From contig CAWDML010000007.1 of NCBI GenBank assembly GCA_963803435.1, positions 512,001 to 576,000 of the forward strand: a stretch of DNA of 64,000 nucleotides, given 5' to 3'. How positions within the stretch are numbered: position 1 is the stretch's first letter; every line of letters begins with the position of its first letter. The notes under the pieces were generated by a model. That model was not told where the DNA came from. It made no database searches and was given only the letters and a program-made list of their open reading frames with translations. This document shows, piece by piece, positions 20,434-35,840 of the stretch. Source of the DNA: an uncultured delta proteobacterium. GTDB taxonomy: Bacteria > Myxococcota > Kuafuiibacteriia > Kuafuiibacteriales > Kuafuiibacteriaceae. The position numbers were made by a program, and so were the translations under genes.

Positions 20434-23115
20434 CTATTTGGCCTTGGCCGCCTGGCTCCGCGCCGTGGACGCGCCCTTTTGACAGGCTGCGATGACCAGC
20501 GCGATGGTGACCTTCTTCGCGCCCACCTCGAACTTGCGGTTCTTGAGCTCGGGGCGCTTGTACTCGAGCGTCTTTCCGGTCTCGATGCACTTCTCGAAGG
20601 CGGCCAGCGCCTCCTGGTAGAGCTTCTTCTTGTCCTGCGGCGTGGTGGCGGCGTCGGCGTCTCCGAGCTTGTCACGGCCCAGCTCGAGCCCCTTGGCCGG
20701 TCCCTCATAGAACGCGAGCGTCGCCTCGAGATCGCCCAGCTTGACCTCGGTCGCCTTGGAGCCCTCGCCGCACCGCTTGAGCACGTCCCTCGCCCTGAGG
20801 GCCCGCCCACCCACGACGAACGAGGCGTTCGCGAGCCGGGGATGATCGGCGAGGAGCGCCGCGCCGTTCTTCTGGCAGTCGTGGAAGTGCTCCACCGCCG
20901 TGGTGTACGCCTTCTTCTCCTCCTCGGGCGTGAGGCCGCGCGTCGACTTCGCCACCTCGAGCCCCTCGGTCAGGAGCGCGACCGGGCCTTCGCGGAACGC
21001 CACCACCTGGGCAGCATCGGCCAGCGCCGCCTCCAGCTCTTGCGCCTTCTTCTTCGCCGCCGCAGCGAACTTCCGGTACGCCTAATCCTCGATCTCGAGG
21101 TCGGTCCCCTTGGATAGCTCGTCCCGCACGGTCCCGAGCGCCGCCCCCGCCTCTTTCACCTGGTCGCCGGTCGCGTCCTTGTTCCGCACGGCGGCGAGCG
21201 CCGACTTCAGCGAGGCCAGCCCGTTCTCCACCAGGAGCTTCCGCTCCCGCACCTCGATCTGCGTTCGCCGCTTCTCGACGCGCGAGGTCGCCGCCGAGAT
21301 CTTCTTCCTCGCCTCCAGCGACCAGCTCTTGTAGCGGCCGACGGTGCGCTCCAGCTCCGCGCCCTCGTCGAGCGCCCGACCGGCCGCCTCGATCGAGTCG
21401 GTGGCGGCCTTGAACTGATCCTCGCCCGGCGAGAACCCATCGAGCGGATCGATCGCCGACTTCATCGAGGCCAGCGCCGCCGACACCTTGGCCTTCTGGT
21501 TCTCGACCGCCACCTCCTCCTTCCGCTCACGAATGTGGCGGCGCGCCTGGGACGCGCTCTTGCGGGCGTCGAGCGCCATCTTTCCGTACGCCCGATCCCT
21601 CGACGCGAACGTCTCACCGGCGTCGAGCGTCGACTCCAGCTCGCCGACCAGCTTCTCCGCCTGCTCGAACTCGGCCGGCTCGACCAGACGCGCGCTCGCC
21701 TGCTTCACCTCCGCGAGCGCCGCGTTGACCTTGGCGCGCTGCTGCCCGAGCTCGACGTCGAACTTCCGCTGCTCGATCCGGTTGCGCGCGCCCTGGAGGC
21801 CTCGCCGCACGTCGAGGACGTACCTGGAGAACGTGCGGTCCTTCGGCATCAGCGGCTCGGCCGCGTCCAGCGTCTTCTCGACGGCCACCACCCCGTTCCG
21901 CGCGGCTTCGAACTCGCCCTCGACGGGAGCCTTTCCATTCAAACGAAACAGGGCCTCGCCCAGCGCGATCCGCGCCGTCTCGATCTCACCCTTCTGCTTC
22001 GCGATCGCGACCTCGAGCCGCCGGGTCACGATCCACGCCTTTGCGTCGTCGACCTTGCTCTTCACGGAGCTGGCGTAGGCCGCGTAGCGGACGTCGTTGG
22101 CGGCCAAGGCGGCGCCGTCGGCGAGCAGCTTCTCGACCCCTCCCACCGCCGCGTCGGCCTCAGTGAAGTCGGCCTCCACGATGTCCTTGTTCTTGAGGCG
22201 GGTCAGGTTCTCCTTGAGCGTCTTCCGGGACTGCTCGATGGCGACGCGCTGCCGCTCCACCGAGACCTCGTGCTCCCGCTTGTCGATGAGAGCGCGCTGT
22301 GCGTCGAGCTTCTTCCGGGCCGCCGAGATCTGCTTGGCGAACCCCAGGTCCTTGACGATCAGATCGTTCGCGCCCTCGATCGCGGCCTGCACCTTGCCGG
22401 CCGCGCCGCGCGCCGACTCGAACTCGGCCGGCATCACGTCACGGCTGCGGAGCCCCTTGAGCGAGATCTCCAGCTCGGACGAGGCCGCCGCGATCGCCTC
22501 GCGGCTCAGCTCGATCGCCACCTGCAGCCGGCGCTCCGCCACCTGCTTGCGCTGCCCCGACAGCTGCTTTCGGGTCTCGAGCGCGTACTTCGCATAGTCC
22601 CGATCCTGCGGTTCACACTTGCTCGCCTCTTCGACCGCCGAGTCGAGCGCCGACACCGCCTCCTCGGCCGCCTTCAGGTCGGCCTCCTCCGGACGCTTCC
22701 GCTTGATGCGCTCGATGGCGTCCTTGAGCGTGGCAGACGCCGCGTCGATCTTCGTGTGCGCGTCGGCCACGGCCGCGGCCAGCTCGCGCTTCCGCACCTC
22801 TTCCCGGACCACGGGGACCCGATCGAGCAGCTCGCGATGTCGGGAACGCAGCAGCTCCGCGTCCGGATAGGCGTCGATCTTCGAGTCGATCAACATCTTC
22901 TGCGCGGCGTCGAGCTGTTCGACGGCGCGGTCCGGTTGCAGCGAAGCAAGCTCGCTCTCGGCGGAGTTGATCCTGCGCTCCGCCTCGTAGGCGAGCTGCT
23001 CCGTCGTTTTGATGGGATCGGGCGGGGGCGGACCCTTCTTCACGGGTCGCGTCGGCGCGCAGCTCGACACGACCGTCGCGAGCAGGAGAAAGACCGCAGC
23101 TCTCTCGCACGGCAT
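20434..23115 (-). CDS. Large alpha-helical repeat lipoprotein, interrupted by one in-frame TAG at 21082-21084
   Basis: Lipobox VSSC; about seven helical repeats. ORFs 21082..23115 and 20434..21006 share a frame and the repeat motif continues across the stop. Confidence 0.75.
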
Positions 23116-23279
23116 GGCGGGAGGCTACCGCGAAAGCAGAGTCTGTCCAGACTCGTACCTTGTCCGACAGCGCAGATACGAGGGGCAATCAGCCCCGCTG
23201 GAAAGACCTGTCAACCCAACTTGCACCTGAAAAAATATCGTGCACCGGAAGCTTTCCGGCGCTAGCGTCCGCCCCCGTC

Positions 23280-23822
23280 ATGCGTTCATTCAGACTGTTG
23301 GCTCTTCTCCTTCTCATCGGCGGATGCGCCGGATCGAAGAAAGCCGAGAACAAAGGTACCGGCGAAACCGCCGCCATGGAACAGATCGGACCGGTTCCGA
23401 TCGCCTCGAAGAGCGGATCGACGCTCACCGGCAATGTCACCATGAAAGAGGTGGCCAACGGCGTGGAGGTCCACGTCGCCGTCGAGAACGCACCTCCTGG
23501 CGAGCACGGGGTCCACGTCCACGAGAAGGGCGACTGCAGCGCCGACGACGGCTCCAGCGCAGGCGGTCACTTCAACCCCGAGGGCCATCAGCACGGCCTC
23601 CCCGGCGCGGGTGAGCGACACCTCGGCGATCTGGGGAACATGACGGTCGGCGAGGACGGCACCGGCGAGCTGACCTTCACCGCCGAGGGCGCGAACCTCA
23701 AGGAGGGCGACCCGAAGTCTTTCCGCGGCAAGGGCCTGATCGTCCACGAAAAGCCCGACACGGGTGGTCAGCCCACGGGCGAGGCCGGCGGGCGGATCGG
23801 CTGCGCCGTCCTGGGCGGGTGA
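23280..23822 (+). CDS. sodC: Cu/Zn superoxide dismutase, lipoprotein
   Basis: Lipobox IGGC; HGVHVHEKGDC, SAGGHFNP, HLGDLGN, LIVH and GGRIGC. Confidence 0.95.
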   Translation: MRSFRLLALLLLIGGCAGSKKAENKGTGETAAMEQIGPVPIASKSGSTLTGNVTMKEVANGVEVHVAVENAPPGEHGVHVHEKGDCSADDGSSAGGHFNPEGHQHGLPGAGERHLGDLGNMTVGEDGTGELTFTAEGANLKEGDPKSFRGKGLIVHEKPDTGGQPTGEAGGRIGCAVLGG

Positions 23823-23862
23823 ACCTTTCGCCTCGGTCCGACCTCACATAGGCTCCGGTGGA

Positions 23863-25017
23863 ATGGGTCGTCTCGTTCCTACTCTCGTCTACGGCGACCT
23901 TCGGGGCGCCGGGCACGAGCTGCTCTCGCGCGGTGATCTCGATCTCCGCTGGGCCCTGACGCTGCACGAAGCGCTCGCGGTCAGCCGGCGGGTCAAGCTG
24001 GACCTGGTGATCGCGAGCGACCAGTTCGCCCTCGCCTACCTCGCGTCCCGGGCCGCCCTGCCGCATCGGCCGCCGTGCATCGTGCTGCTCGGCGCCGACT
24101 ACCTGGCGAAGCAGGACGAGCTTCAGGCGGCCGGCGCGACGGTGCTCGTGTCGGCCAGCGATCCCCGCCGCGTCGTCGAGGCCATCTCCGAGCTCACCGG
24201 CCTCACGTTCCGCGATCACCCGCGGGTCCCGCTCCATACGGTGGTCGACGTCCAGATCAAGAACGACAACCACTTTCTGAGCACGTTCGACGTCAGCCTC
24301 TCCGGCGTCTGCATCCGCGATCTTCCCAACGCCCGCTTCGGCGACAAGGCCACCATCACGTTCGACCTGTTCGATCCGCCGCTGACGGTCGACGCCATGG
24401 TGGTCCGCGCCTTCAACGTTCCCGAGGCGCGCTGCACCGGGCTCTGCTTCACGGATCTCTCGGACGCCGATCGATCGCGCATCGCCGAGCTCGTCCGCCA
24501 GGAGCTGGCGGGTCTGCCGATGTTCACCACCACCGACATCGGCGCCCTTCCGGGCGACCGCACCATCGATCTGCTCACCGCGTTGGGGCGGCAGAGCGAC
24601 GCCGGGCTGTCGGAGTATCTGTCGATGATCCGATCGATCGTGGACGGGACCCGCGACGACGCGCCGAGCTGGGTCTTCGAGGTCGCCGCCAAGCTCACCG
24701 ACACCGAGCGCCGCGCGATCGTCTCCGCGAGCCCGGCGTGGGCGCGGACCGCGGTCGAGCTCCGGATCGATCTCAAGCGACAGGTCGTCGATCAGGGCGC
24801 CGCCTTCGACGTCACCGCGGCGATGGACTTCTGCAAGCTGATGGCCGCCGACGTCGAGGGCTCGACGGACGACGAGGCCGTCGACGCCACCTCGATCCGA
24901 TCCGCCCTGCTCCGAGGGGTCTACCAGCTTCACCGGCACCAGAAGGAGCGCGAGGCCGTCCGTGCGAGTCGCGGGGCCACGAGCAAGAAGAAGGGCTCGC
25001 CGAAGCGACCCGCCTGA
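23863..25017 (+). CDS. PilZ-domain protein with a degenerate receiver-like N-terminus
   Basis: RDHPR (RxxxR) and DVSLSG (DxSxxG) c-di-GMP-binding motifs, followed by GLCFTDL. Confidence 0.8.
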   Translation: MGRLVPTLVYGDLRGAGHELLSRGDLDLRWALTLHEALAVSRRVKLDLVIASDQFALAYLASRAALPHRPPCIVLLGADYLAKQDELQAAGATVLVSASDPRRVVEAISELTGLTFRDHPRVPLHTVVDVQIKNDNHFLSTFDVSLSGVCIRDLPNARFGDKATITFDLFDPPLTVDAMVVRAFNVPEARCTGLCFTDLSDADRSRIAELVRQELAGLPMFTTTDIGALPGDRTIDLLTALGRQSDAGLSEYLSMIRSIVDGTRDDAPSWVFEVAAKLTDTERRAIVSASPAWARTAVELRIDLKRQVVDQGAAFDVTAAMDFCKLMAADVEGSTDDEAVDATSIRSALLRGVYQLHRHQKEREAVRASRGATSKKKGSPKRPA

Positions 25018-25032
25018 GGTACAGCCCACTGC

Positions 25033-26760
<1,728 letters not shown>

Positions 26761-26800
26761 CGCAACTTCCGCCGACGCCCGCCGATAACCTCGATCGCAG

Positions 26801-27019
26801 ATGGAGACCCGCCTCCACACCTCCACCGCTGGCGCCGCCGCCATCGACGACGCGTCGAGCGGTTCCGGGTTCCGGTTCGACCAGCTGACCGGCGGGCTTC
26901 CGCTCTTCAAGCTCAAGGTCGGCCTCGACCGGGAAGGCCTCATCGGCGCGCTGGCCGCCGCCTATCTGCGCGTCGAGAACGGCGTGAACGAGCGCCTCAA
27001 GTCGATCATGGGGGCGTGA
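26801..27019 (+). CDS. Small hypothetical protein
   Basis: Fills the gap between neighbours with typical codon usage; TAACCT lies 9 nt before the ATG. Confidence 0.6.
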   Translation: METRLHTSTAGAAAIDDASSGSGFRFDQLTGGLPLFKLKVGLDREGLIGALAAAYLRVENGVNERLKSIMGA

Positions 27020-27026
27020 CGGCCGC

Positions 27027-27467
27027 GTGGACCTCTCCTGGCTGTCCGAGCTCTTCGAGCAGCGCGACCCGACCGGCGAGCCCCGCTACTCACACCGCGA
27101 GATCGAAGACCTGATCGCCACGATCCTCCTCACGATCGGCTTCGACCCTAGGACCACGCCCCCGGTACTGCTCGGGATCATCGAGGCGTTCGCAGAGCGC
27201 GCCGGCGTCACACCGGGCGAAGCGCGCGAGGCGTCGCAGGAGAAGATCGAAAGTTATCTCCGTCAGAGCCCGCTCCGTCCCGAGCTCACGGTCGCCTTCC
27301 AGCAGCATCTTCGCGAGAGCTTCGCCCGCAAGGACACCGGTGCACTCGAGCAAGCGTTCGCGCGCTTCGCGGCGACGGATCTCTCGAAGCGTGCGCCCGA
27401 TCGCAAACGCACGGAGGGATCGGTACCCGGTTACCTCGCGATGCTCGCGCACCGAGATATCGACTAG
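27027..27467 (+). CDS. Hypothetical protein
   Basis: Starts 7 nt after the previous stop; helical, protein-like sequence. Confidence 0.65.
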   Translation: MDLSWLSELFEQRDPTGEPRYSHREIEDLIATILLTIGFDPRTTPPVLLGIIEAFAERAGVTPGEAREASQEKIESYLRQSPLRPELTVAFQQHLRESFARKDTGALEQAFARFAATDLSKRAPDRKRTEGSVPGYLAMLAHRDID

Positions 27468-27562
27468 TCGGTGCAAGACGGGTTGACGCGCGTCCTTGTC
27501 GCGTCGAGCCCGACTGTGTTTATTCGCGCTCCATAACCTTCGGATAGGAACGGGCGAGAGGA

Positions 27563-30672
<3,110 letters not shown>

Positions 30673-30679
30673 CCAGGCT

Positions 30680-32098
30680 TCACTGAGCACCGTCGTCGAG
30701 CAGCCGCTCGAGATCCTTCACGTACGCCTCCGAGCGAGGGAGGTCGCCGCGCGCAAAGGCGCGGTCGGCCCGCTCGAGCAGCTCCAGCGCTTCCTCCGCC
30801 CGCGGCGATCCCGCGATCATCCGGGCGGCGCCGTCGAGACGCGCCGAGACGTTGCGCAGGCGTTCGAAGCGGTCGCTCTGGACCGGCGCCGACAGCAGCC
30901 CCAGGACAACGGCCAGCGCGAGGGCTCCCGCCAGCCCGAGCTCCCGCTTCCGCTTCGATCGCCGCCGCGACACCGGGCGCGCCGGAGGGTTCGGCGACGG
31001 CGGCGGCATCTCCGGCGGGGGGGGCGGCGGGGGGATCCGCGCCAGCAGCCGCGGCGCCGTTCCAGCGTCAGCGAGGACGATCATCGACTCCTTGCGAGGC
31101 GAGATCGACTCGAGATCGATCAGCGCGACCGCGCGGGTGGTGGCCTCGTCGCGCGCCCTCTCCTGCTCGAAGTGCCGCGACAGCCAGCGGCCGAGCTGCA
31201 CGCTGGACGCGAGGCACCCGACGCTCTCCGCCACGGTGGTGAGAAGGTTCTTGAGCTCGGCCGCGTTCTGCGGGCGCCGGTCGGCGTCGTGCGCCAGCAT
31301 TCGATCGATCAGATCCGTGAGCCACGGCGGCGCGTCGGGCCGAAGCTCGGCGGCGGGGCGGGGCGTCTGGCCCATCGCCTTCATCACCATCACCCGCGCG
31401 GCGCCCGGAAAGGGGCTGGCACCCGTGAGCAAGCGATAGGCGACGCCGCCGAGCCCATAGATGTCGACGGTGGGCGCGAGATCGTCGCCGCGCAGGAACT
31501 CCGGGGCGACGTAGGCGGGCGTCCCCACCACCGTCCCCGGCTGCGTGAGGCCGAGGCCCATCGACATCAGCGAGCGCGCGACGCCGAAGTCGGTGACCTT
31601 GACCTCGCCGTCGTAGCCAATCAGCACGTTGCCGGGCGTGACGTCGCGATGGAGCAAGCTGAGATGTTCCCCGTGCTCGTCGCAGGCGCTGTGCAGATAT
31701 GCGAGCGCCGAGAGCACGTCGACCATCATGCGAGTCACGAAGCGCGGAGGGACCTGGATACGCCGTTCGTTGAGGCGATCCGACAGCTCGGCGGCGCTGC
31801 GGCCGACGATCGGCTCCAGCGCGAGATACCGCCGCGCACCGACCTCACCCGCGTGCAGCGACTGCACGACGTTCGGATGCATCAACCTCACGGCGAGCTC
31901 GGCCTCGTGCTTGAAGCGCTCGAGCGGCACGATGCCGCCCAGGTCCGGGCGAAGGCGCTTTACCACCACCACCGGGAAGCTTTCCAGCGGGGAGCGGGCG
32001 AAGAAGAGCTCGCCCATACCTCCGCGATGGATCAGCTTCGCCAGCACGAACGGCCCGAAACGCTCGGGGAGCTCGGGCGGTCGTTCGTCGTCGATCAC
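30680..32098 (-). CDS. Membrane Ser/Thr protein kinase (Hanks type)
   Basis: GGMGEL, VVVKRL, HRDVTPGN, DFG and YVAPE; Pro-rich linker, TM helix and a short C-terminal helical domain. Confidence 0.95.
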   Translation of the reverse strand: MIDDERPPELPERFGPFVLAKLIHRGGMGELFFARSPLESFPVVVVKRLRPDLGGIVPLERFKHEAELAVRLMHPNVVQSLHAGEVGARRYLALEPIVGRSAAELSDRLNERRIQVPPRFVTRMMVDVLSALAYLHSACDEHGEHLSLLHRDVTPGNVLIGYDGEVKVTDFGVARSLMSMGLGLTQPGTVVGTPAYVAPEFLRGDDLAPTVDIYGLGGVAYRLLTGASPFPGAARVMVMKAMGQTPRPAAELRPDAPPWLTDLIDRMLAHDADRRPQNAAELKNLLTTVAESVGCLASSVQLGRWLSRHFEQERARDEATTRAVALIDLESISPRKESMIVLADAGTAPRLLARIPPPPPPPEMPPPSPNPPARPVSRRRSKRKRELGLAGALALAVVLGLLSAPVQSDRFERLRNVSARLDGAARMIAGSPRAEEALELLERADRAFARGDLPRSEAYVKDLERLLDDGAQ

Positions 32099-32733
32099 TC
32101 ACCGCTCCGGTTCGAACGGTTGGCGTTGACCGCGTCGATCCTCCGGCGAGCCCCGATCGCGTCCCCGGCGAAGGCCGCCACCTCGGCCTCGCGCTGCAGA
32201 CGGACCACCTCGTCGGGCACGTCGATCCCGAGCCGGCGAGCGGCCTCGAGACTACGGGCGCTCTTCCAGACTCGCTGATAGGTGACCTGATCGCGGCGCA
32301 TACGCTCCGCCAGCGCGGGCACCACACGCGCGCCGATGAACCCGCCGAGCTGGGCGGCGATCGAAGCGGCCAGCGCAACCACCAGCCAGCGGATGATCCG
32401 GCGGAGAGAGCGCGTCTCGTCCGCCCGGATCGAGGGCCTGGGACGGCCGACGACGAACTCGCGGCTCTCGTCCCAGGTCGCGAAGATCTGCGGGTCCTCG
32501 GGCCGGGGGGCATTCCGCGAGGGGACCACGCCGGGAGGGAGCAGGAGGTCAACCGTGGGGCGCTGGTCGAGATCGAGCGTTCGGGGCGCTTCCAGCTCGG
32601 CGTCGACCAGCGTCGGGGGTCCCTCCAGCTTCGCCGGTTCCTGTGCCTCGGTGTCGAGATCGGGGATCCGGTGCCCCACGAGCGCCTCTCTCTCAGCCAC
32701 TGTCCCATGGCCGGGAGCGGCGACGCAATTCAT
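32095..32733 (-). CDS. Hypothetical single-pass membrane protein
   Basis: GTGA overlap with the kinase start; acidic/Pro-rich N-terminus, TM helix (WLVVALAASIAAQLGGFIG) and helical tail. Start uncertain. Confidence 0.6.
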   Translation of the reverse strand: MNCVAAPGHGTVAEREALVGHRIPDLDTEAQEPAKLEGPPTLVDAELEAPRTLDLDQRPTVDLLLPPGVVPSRNAPRPEDPQIFATWDESREFVVGRPRPSIRADETRSLRRIIRWLVVALAASIAAQLGGFIGARVVPALAERMRRDQVTYQRVWKSARSLEAARRLGIDVPDEVVRLQREAEVAAFAGDAIGARRRIDAVNANRSNRSGE

Positions 32734-32742
32734 ACTCCTGGT

Positions 32743-33045
32743 GTGTCCGACCGCCGCCGCACGCTCGTCCTCGCCCTCACCGCCGGGTTGGTGGCGTTTG
32801 CGACCGCGATCGCCGCGTCGTGGCCTTGGGGGACGCAGCCTGGTGATCCCAGGTGGGAGATGATCCGTCAGCGCGCCGAGGTCGCGAAAGACACGGTCGA
32901 GAACCGACGCCGGCACGGACAACCGATCTCGAAGGCGCTGCTCGACGCCGAGATCGAGATGGAGTCCGAGCTGGCGACGCAAGACGACTTGCCGGCGGCT
33001 GGCCGCGCGCTCCACGGTCTCGAGGACGCGCTCCGCTCCGAGTGA
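32743..33045 (+). CDS. Small membrane-anchored helical protein
   Basis: GTG start; RRR then a hydrophobic helix; helical C-terminus. Confidence 0.6.
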   Translation: MSDRRRTLVLALTAGLVAFATAIAASWPWGTQPGDPRWEMIRQRAEVAKDTVENRRRHGQPISKALLDAEIEMESELATQDDLPAAGRALHGLEDALRSE

Positions 33046-33123
33046 GAGCGCCCACATCCAAGAAATTCTGCGCCCTGTCGATCGGGGGCGGGCTCGAACG
33101 TCGTCGGGTTGAAGGAGCAAATC

Positions 33124-33750
33124 ATGACCACTGTGACCCTCTTCGGCCCCCCTCAGAGCAGCTACGTGCGGACGGCCCGCATGACCTGCGTCGAGAAGGG
33201 CATCGAACATCGCCTCGAGCCCGTCGACCTCGGCAGTGATGCCCACCGGGCCCTCCACGCTTGGGGGAAGGTCCCGATCCTCGAGGACGGATCGTTCCGG
33301 CTCATCGAGACCAGCGCCATCTGCCGCTATCTCGACGAAGCGTTCCCGGGGCCCGCGCTGACGCCGAAGGACCCGAAGGCGCGCGCCACCATGGAGCAGT
33401 GGATCAGCGTCCTCGACTGCTACCTGTACGAGGATCTGATCAAGAGCTACGCGCTCCAATACATCTTTCCGCGCGGGGCCGACGGCAAGCCCAACCGCGA
33501 AGTGATCGATCCTGCGGTGAAGCGGATGGAGCGGGATCTCGACCAGCTGGAGCGCGCGCTGGAGGGCCACACCCACGTGGTGGGACAGACGCTCTCGCTG
33601 GCGGACCTCTTCTACGCGCCGGTGCTCTTCACGACCTCCCTCTTCCCCGAGGGTAAGGAGGCCATCCGCTCGCGTTCCAACGTTCAGAGGCTGATGGAGC
33701 GGCTGGTGGAGCGGCCCTCGTTCCGGCAGGTCCAGCCCCCGCCGCGCTGA
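33124..33750 (+). CDS. Glutathione S-transferase family protein
   Basis: AAGGAG RBS; WGKVPILEDG, ETSAICRYL and LSLADL. Confidence 0.95.
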   Translation: MTTVTLFGPPQSSYVRTARMTCVEKGIEHRLEPVDLGSDAHRALHAWGKVPILEDGSFRLIETSAICRYLDEAFPGPALTPKDPKARATMEQWISVLDCYLYEDLIKSYALQYIFPRGADGKPNREVIDPAVKRMERDLDQLERALEGHTHVVGQTLSLADLFYAPVLFTTSLFPEGKEAIRSRSNVQRLMERLVERPSFRQVQPPPR

Positions 33751-33756
33751 GACGGC

Positions 33757-34251
33757 TCACTCGTCGTCGTTCTTGAGGAGCCGATCGAGGGCCGAGTCCA
33801 TCGCCTTCTCGGTGCGGACATCGGTCTTCTTCTTCCGGCGCCGGACCACCTTCTTCTTCGGCCGAGGCGGCGGCGGCGGCGGCAGGGCCGCGGTGGCCTT
33901 CGCCTCGACGGGAGCCGGCTCGACGACCTTGGGCGGCGGGGCCGGGGGCGGTGCGACCGGCGGGGGCGCGACGGCCGGCGGCGGCGGGGCCGGCACCTTC
34001 GCGATCTCGCTCTTCGCGGGCGGTGGCGCGATGACGGCCTCCGCCTTCTCGGGCTCGTTGCGGGTCAGCCAGAAGGCGGCGCCGCCCAGGGCCAGGAGGC
34101 CGGCGAGGATGCCGCCGATGATCAGCGGCATGTTGCTCGTGCTCGGTCGCTCCGGACGGCGGTGGCGCGCCAGGTGCTCGTCCGGGAGCGCCACCAGGTC
34201 GCCGAGCGCGGGTCCTGACTCGAGCTCGTCCTGCCCCCGCTTCGAACCCAT
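33757..34251 (-). CDS. Hypothetical Pro-rich single-pass membrane protein
   Basis: TM helix LIIGGILAGLLALGGAAFWL, Pro-rich linker and basic tail. Confidence 0.7.
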   Translation of the reverse strand: MGSKRGQDELESGPALGDLVALPDEHLARHRRPERPSTSNMPLIIGGILAGLLALGGAAFWLTRNEPEKAEAVIAPPPAKSEIAKVPAPPPPAVAPPPVAPPPAPPPKVVEPAPVEAKATAALPPPPPPRPKKKVVRRRKKKTDVRTEKAMDSALDRLLKNDDE

Positions 34252-34339
34252 GGCTGACCGACTCTACCCTCGACGAGCGTCGGTTCAAAGGGTACCCGCG
34301 CCCTTTGCGTCGGCGCGAGCTGGGGATTGCCTGTGCGCC

Positions 34340-35830
34340 TCACGCCTTCCGCATGGCCGGCACGTCCGGGAGGTTGGTCCCGGCGGTGTCGATGCCGAGG
34401 GCTTGCACCAGCCCCGCGAACATCTCGGCCTCGGCGGTGTTGCGACTTGGATCGGGCGCGCCTGTCCGGAGGTCGAAGCCGTAGGTCAACCCGGTGCTCG
34501 GGTCGACGCCACCGAGGACCGTGTTTCCGTTGACCAGGGGAGAGATCACCATCGAACCGTTGTTGAGGTGATGCGAGGTACCGAAGTCGGTCGCGTTCGT
34601 CGGCCGCTTCTTGTCGCGACCGAAGTCGGTCGCCACGTAGATCATCGATCGATCCCAGAAGCTGACTCCGTTCTCCAGCTCCTCCCCCTTGAGGAGATCG
34701 ATCAGGCCGTCGGCGACCTTCATCAGGCGACTCCACATCAGCGCCTGGGTGGCGCGATGTGACTGGTGGGAGAAGTCGAACGCGATCGGAGGATTGATCA
34801 GGTCGCCCTCGGCCAGCCCACCGCCGCCCAGGCTGGCGCCGTCCGCCAGCGTGGCGTTGAAGCTCGGTCCGATCGTGACCGTCACGGAGACGCGGTTCTT
34901 CAGCAGCAGGAACGCCAGCGCGGCCTGCGCCTCCAGCGGATCCTGATCGAAGTTGGGGAACTTCGCGCGCACCTGGGCGCCGCTGGGCGACTCGTCGAGG
35001 CCGTGCGCCTTGAGCGGATACTGGGGCGAGTCCGAGAACAGCATCAGCTTGGTGATCAGGTCGTCCATCTCGAGCCGGCCGGTCGCCTGGCGCTGGGCCT
35101 GCCAGAGCTGGAGCCGGGGGCTGCTCTTGAAGATCCGGAAGAAGCGCGACTCGGGATCGAGCTTCTCGTTGCGGAGCTTGCGAGCCATCTCGATGAAGCG
35201 GCGATCGGGGACGTCGAGGCCGCGGCTGCCGTCGAGGGCCAGCGGCCAGAGCGCCGGCTGGGCCACCGGCTCGCCGAAGCACCAGTCCGGGATCGTCTTG
35301 TCGTTACCGCGCTCGATGTACGAGGTACCGGTCGCCATCGCCACGTTGGGGATCGCGTAACCCTCGCCGTAGTTGAGGGCGACCAGCTCCTGGAGCGTGC
35401 GCCCGGACCAGGCCTCGTTGCCGGTGATCGCCCGCTTCTGGGCGATGCCGTGGTTGACGCTGGTGCCGGTCAGCGTCGCGATCATGATGTCCTGCTGGTG
35501 CTTCCGGACGAAGTCCGACTGCACCGCGCGATAGGGCACCGGGATCGCGCCCACCGAGTCGCCCGAGCTGTCCACCGCGCGCAGCGGCGAGCCCTCGATC
35601 CCGACCACCAGGTTGTCCGGGTAGGCGTTGATCACCGAGGCGTTCGGGGACTCCGACTCGCGGATGGCGAGCATGCTGTCGATGAGCGAGGCTCCCCCGC
35701 TGCCCGTGAGCACGATCAGGAAGCGCGGCTCCTTGGTCTGGGCCCGGGACACGCGCGGGAGGAGAGCGGTGGCGCCGCCGGCGGCGACGAGCGACATGCC
35801 CTTGAGTAGCTGGCGTCGGTCGAGTTTCAT
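34340..35830 (-). CDS. DUF1501-like Tat-exported protein
   Basis: Tat motif DRRQLLKG; FLIVLTGSGG, FDFSH and TDFGR...HH...GG motifs. Confidence 0.8.
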   Translation of the reverse strand: MKLDRRQLLKGMSLVAAGGATALLPRVSRAQTKEPRFLIVLTGSGGASLIDSMLAIRESESPNASVINAYPDNLVVGIEGSPLRAVDSSGDSVGAIPVPYRAVQSDFVRKHQQDIMIATLTGTSVNHGIAQKRAITGNEAWSGRTLQELVALNYGEGYAIPNVAMATGTSYIERGNDKTIPDWCFGEPVAQPALWPLALDGSRGLDVPDRRFIEMARKLRNEKLDPESRFFRIFKSSPRLQLWQAQRQATGRLEMDDLITKLMLFSDSPQYPLKAHGLDESPSGAQVRAKFPNFDQDPLEAQAALAFLLLKNRVSVTVTIGPSFNATLADGASLGGGGLAEGDLINPPIAFDFSHQSHRATQALMWSRLMKVADGLIDLLKGEELENGVSFWDRSMIYVATDFGRDKKRPTNATDFGTSHHLNNGSMVISPLVNGNTVLGGVDPSTGLTYGFDLRTGAPDPSRNTAEAEMFAGLVQALGIDTAGTNLPDVPAMRKA

Positions 35831-35840
35831 CGTTTCCTCC

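Noticed and set aside
21082-21084. Programmed amber readthrough (pyrrolysine or recoding) in the helical repeat lipoprotein
   Set aside because: A single C-to-T change within a GATC site (GAT CAG to GAT TAG) explains it and matches the other GATC-linked lesions. TAG works as an ordinary stop elsewhere in the window.
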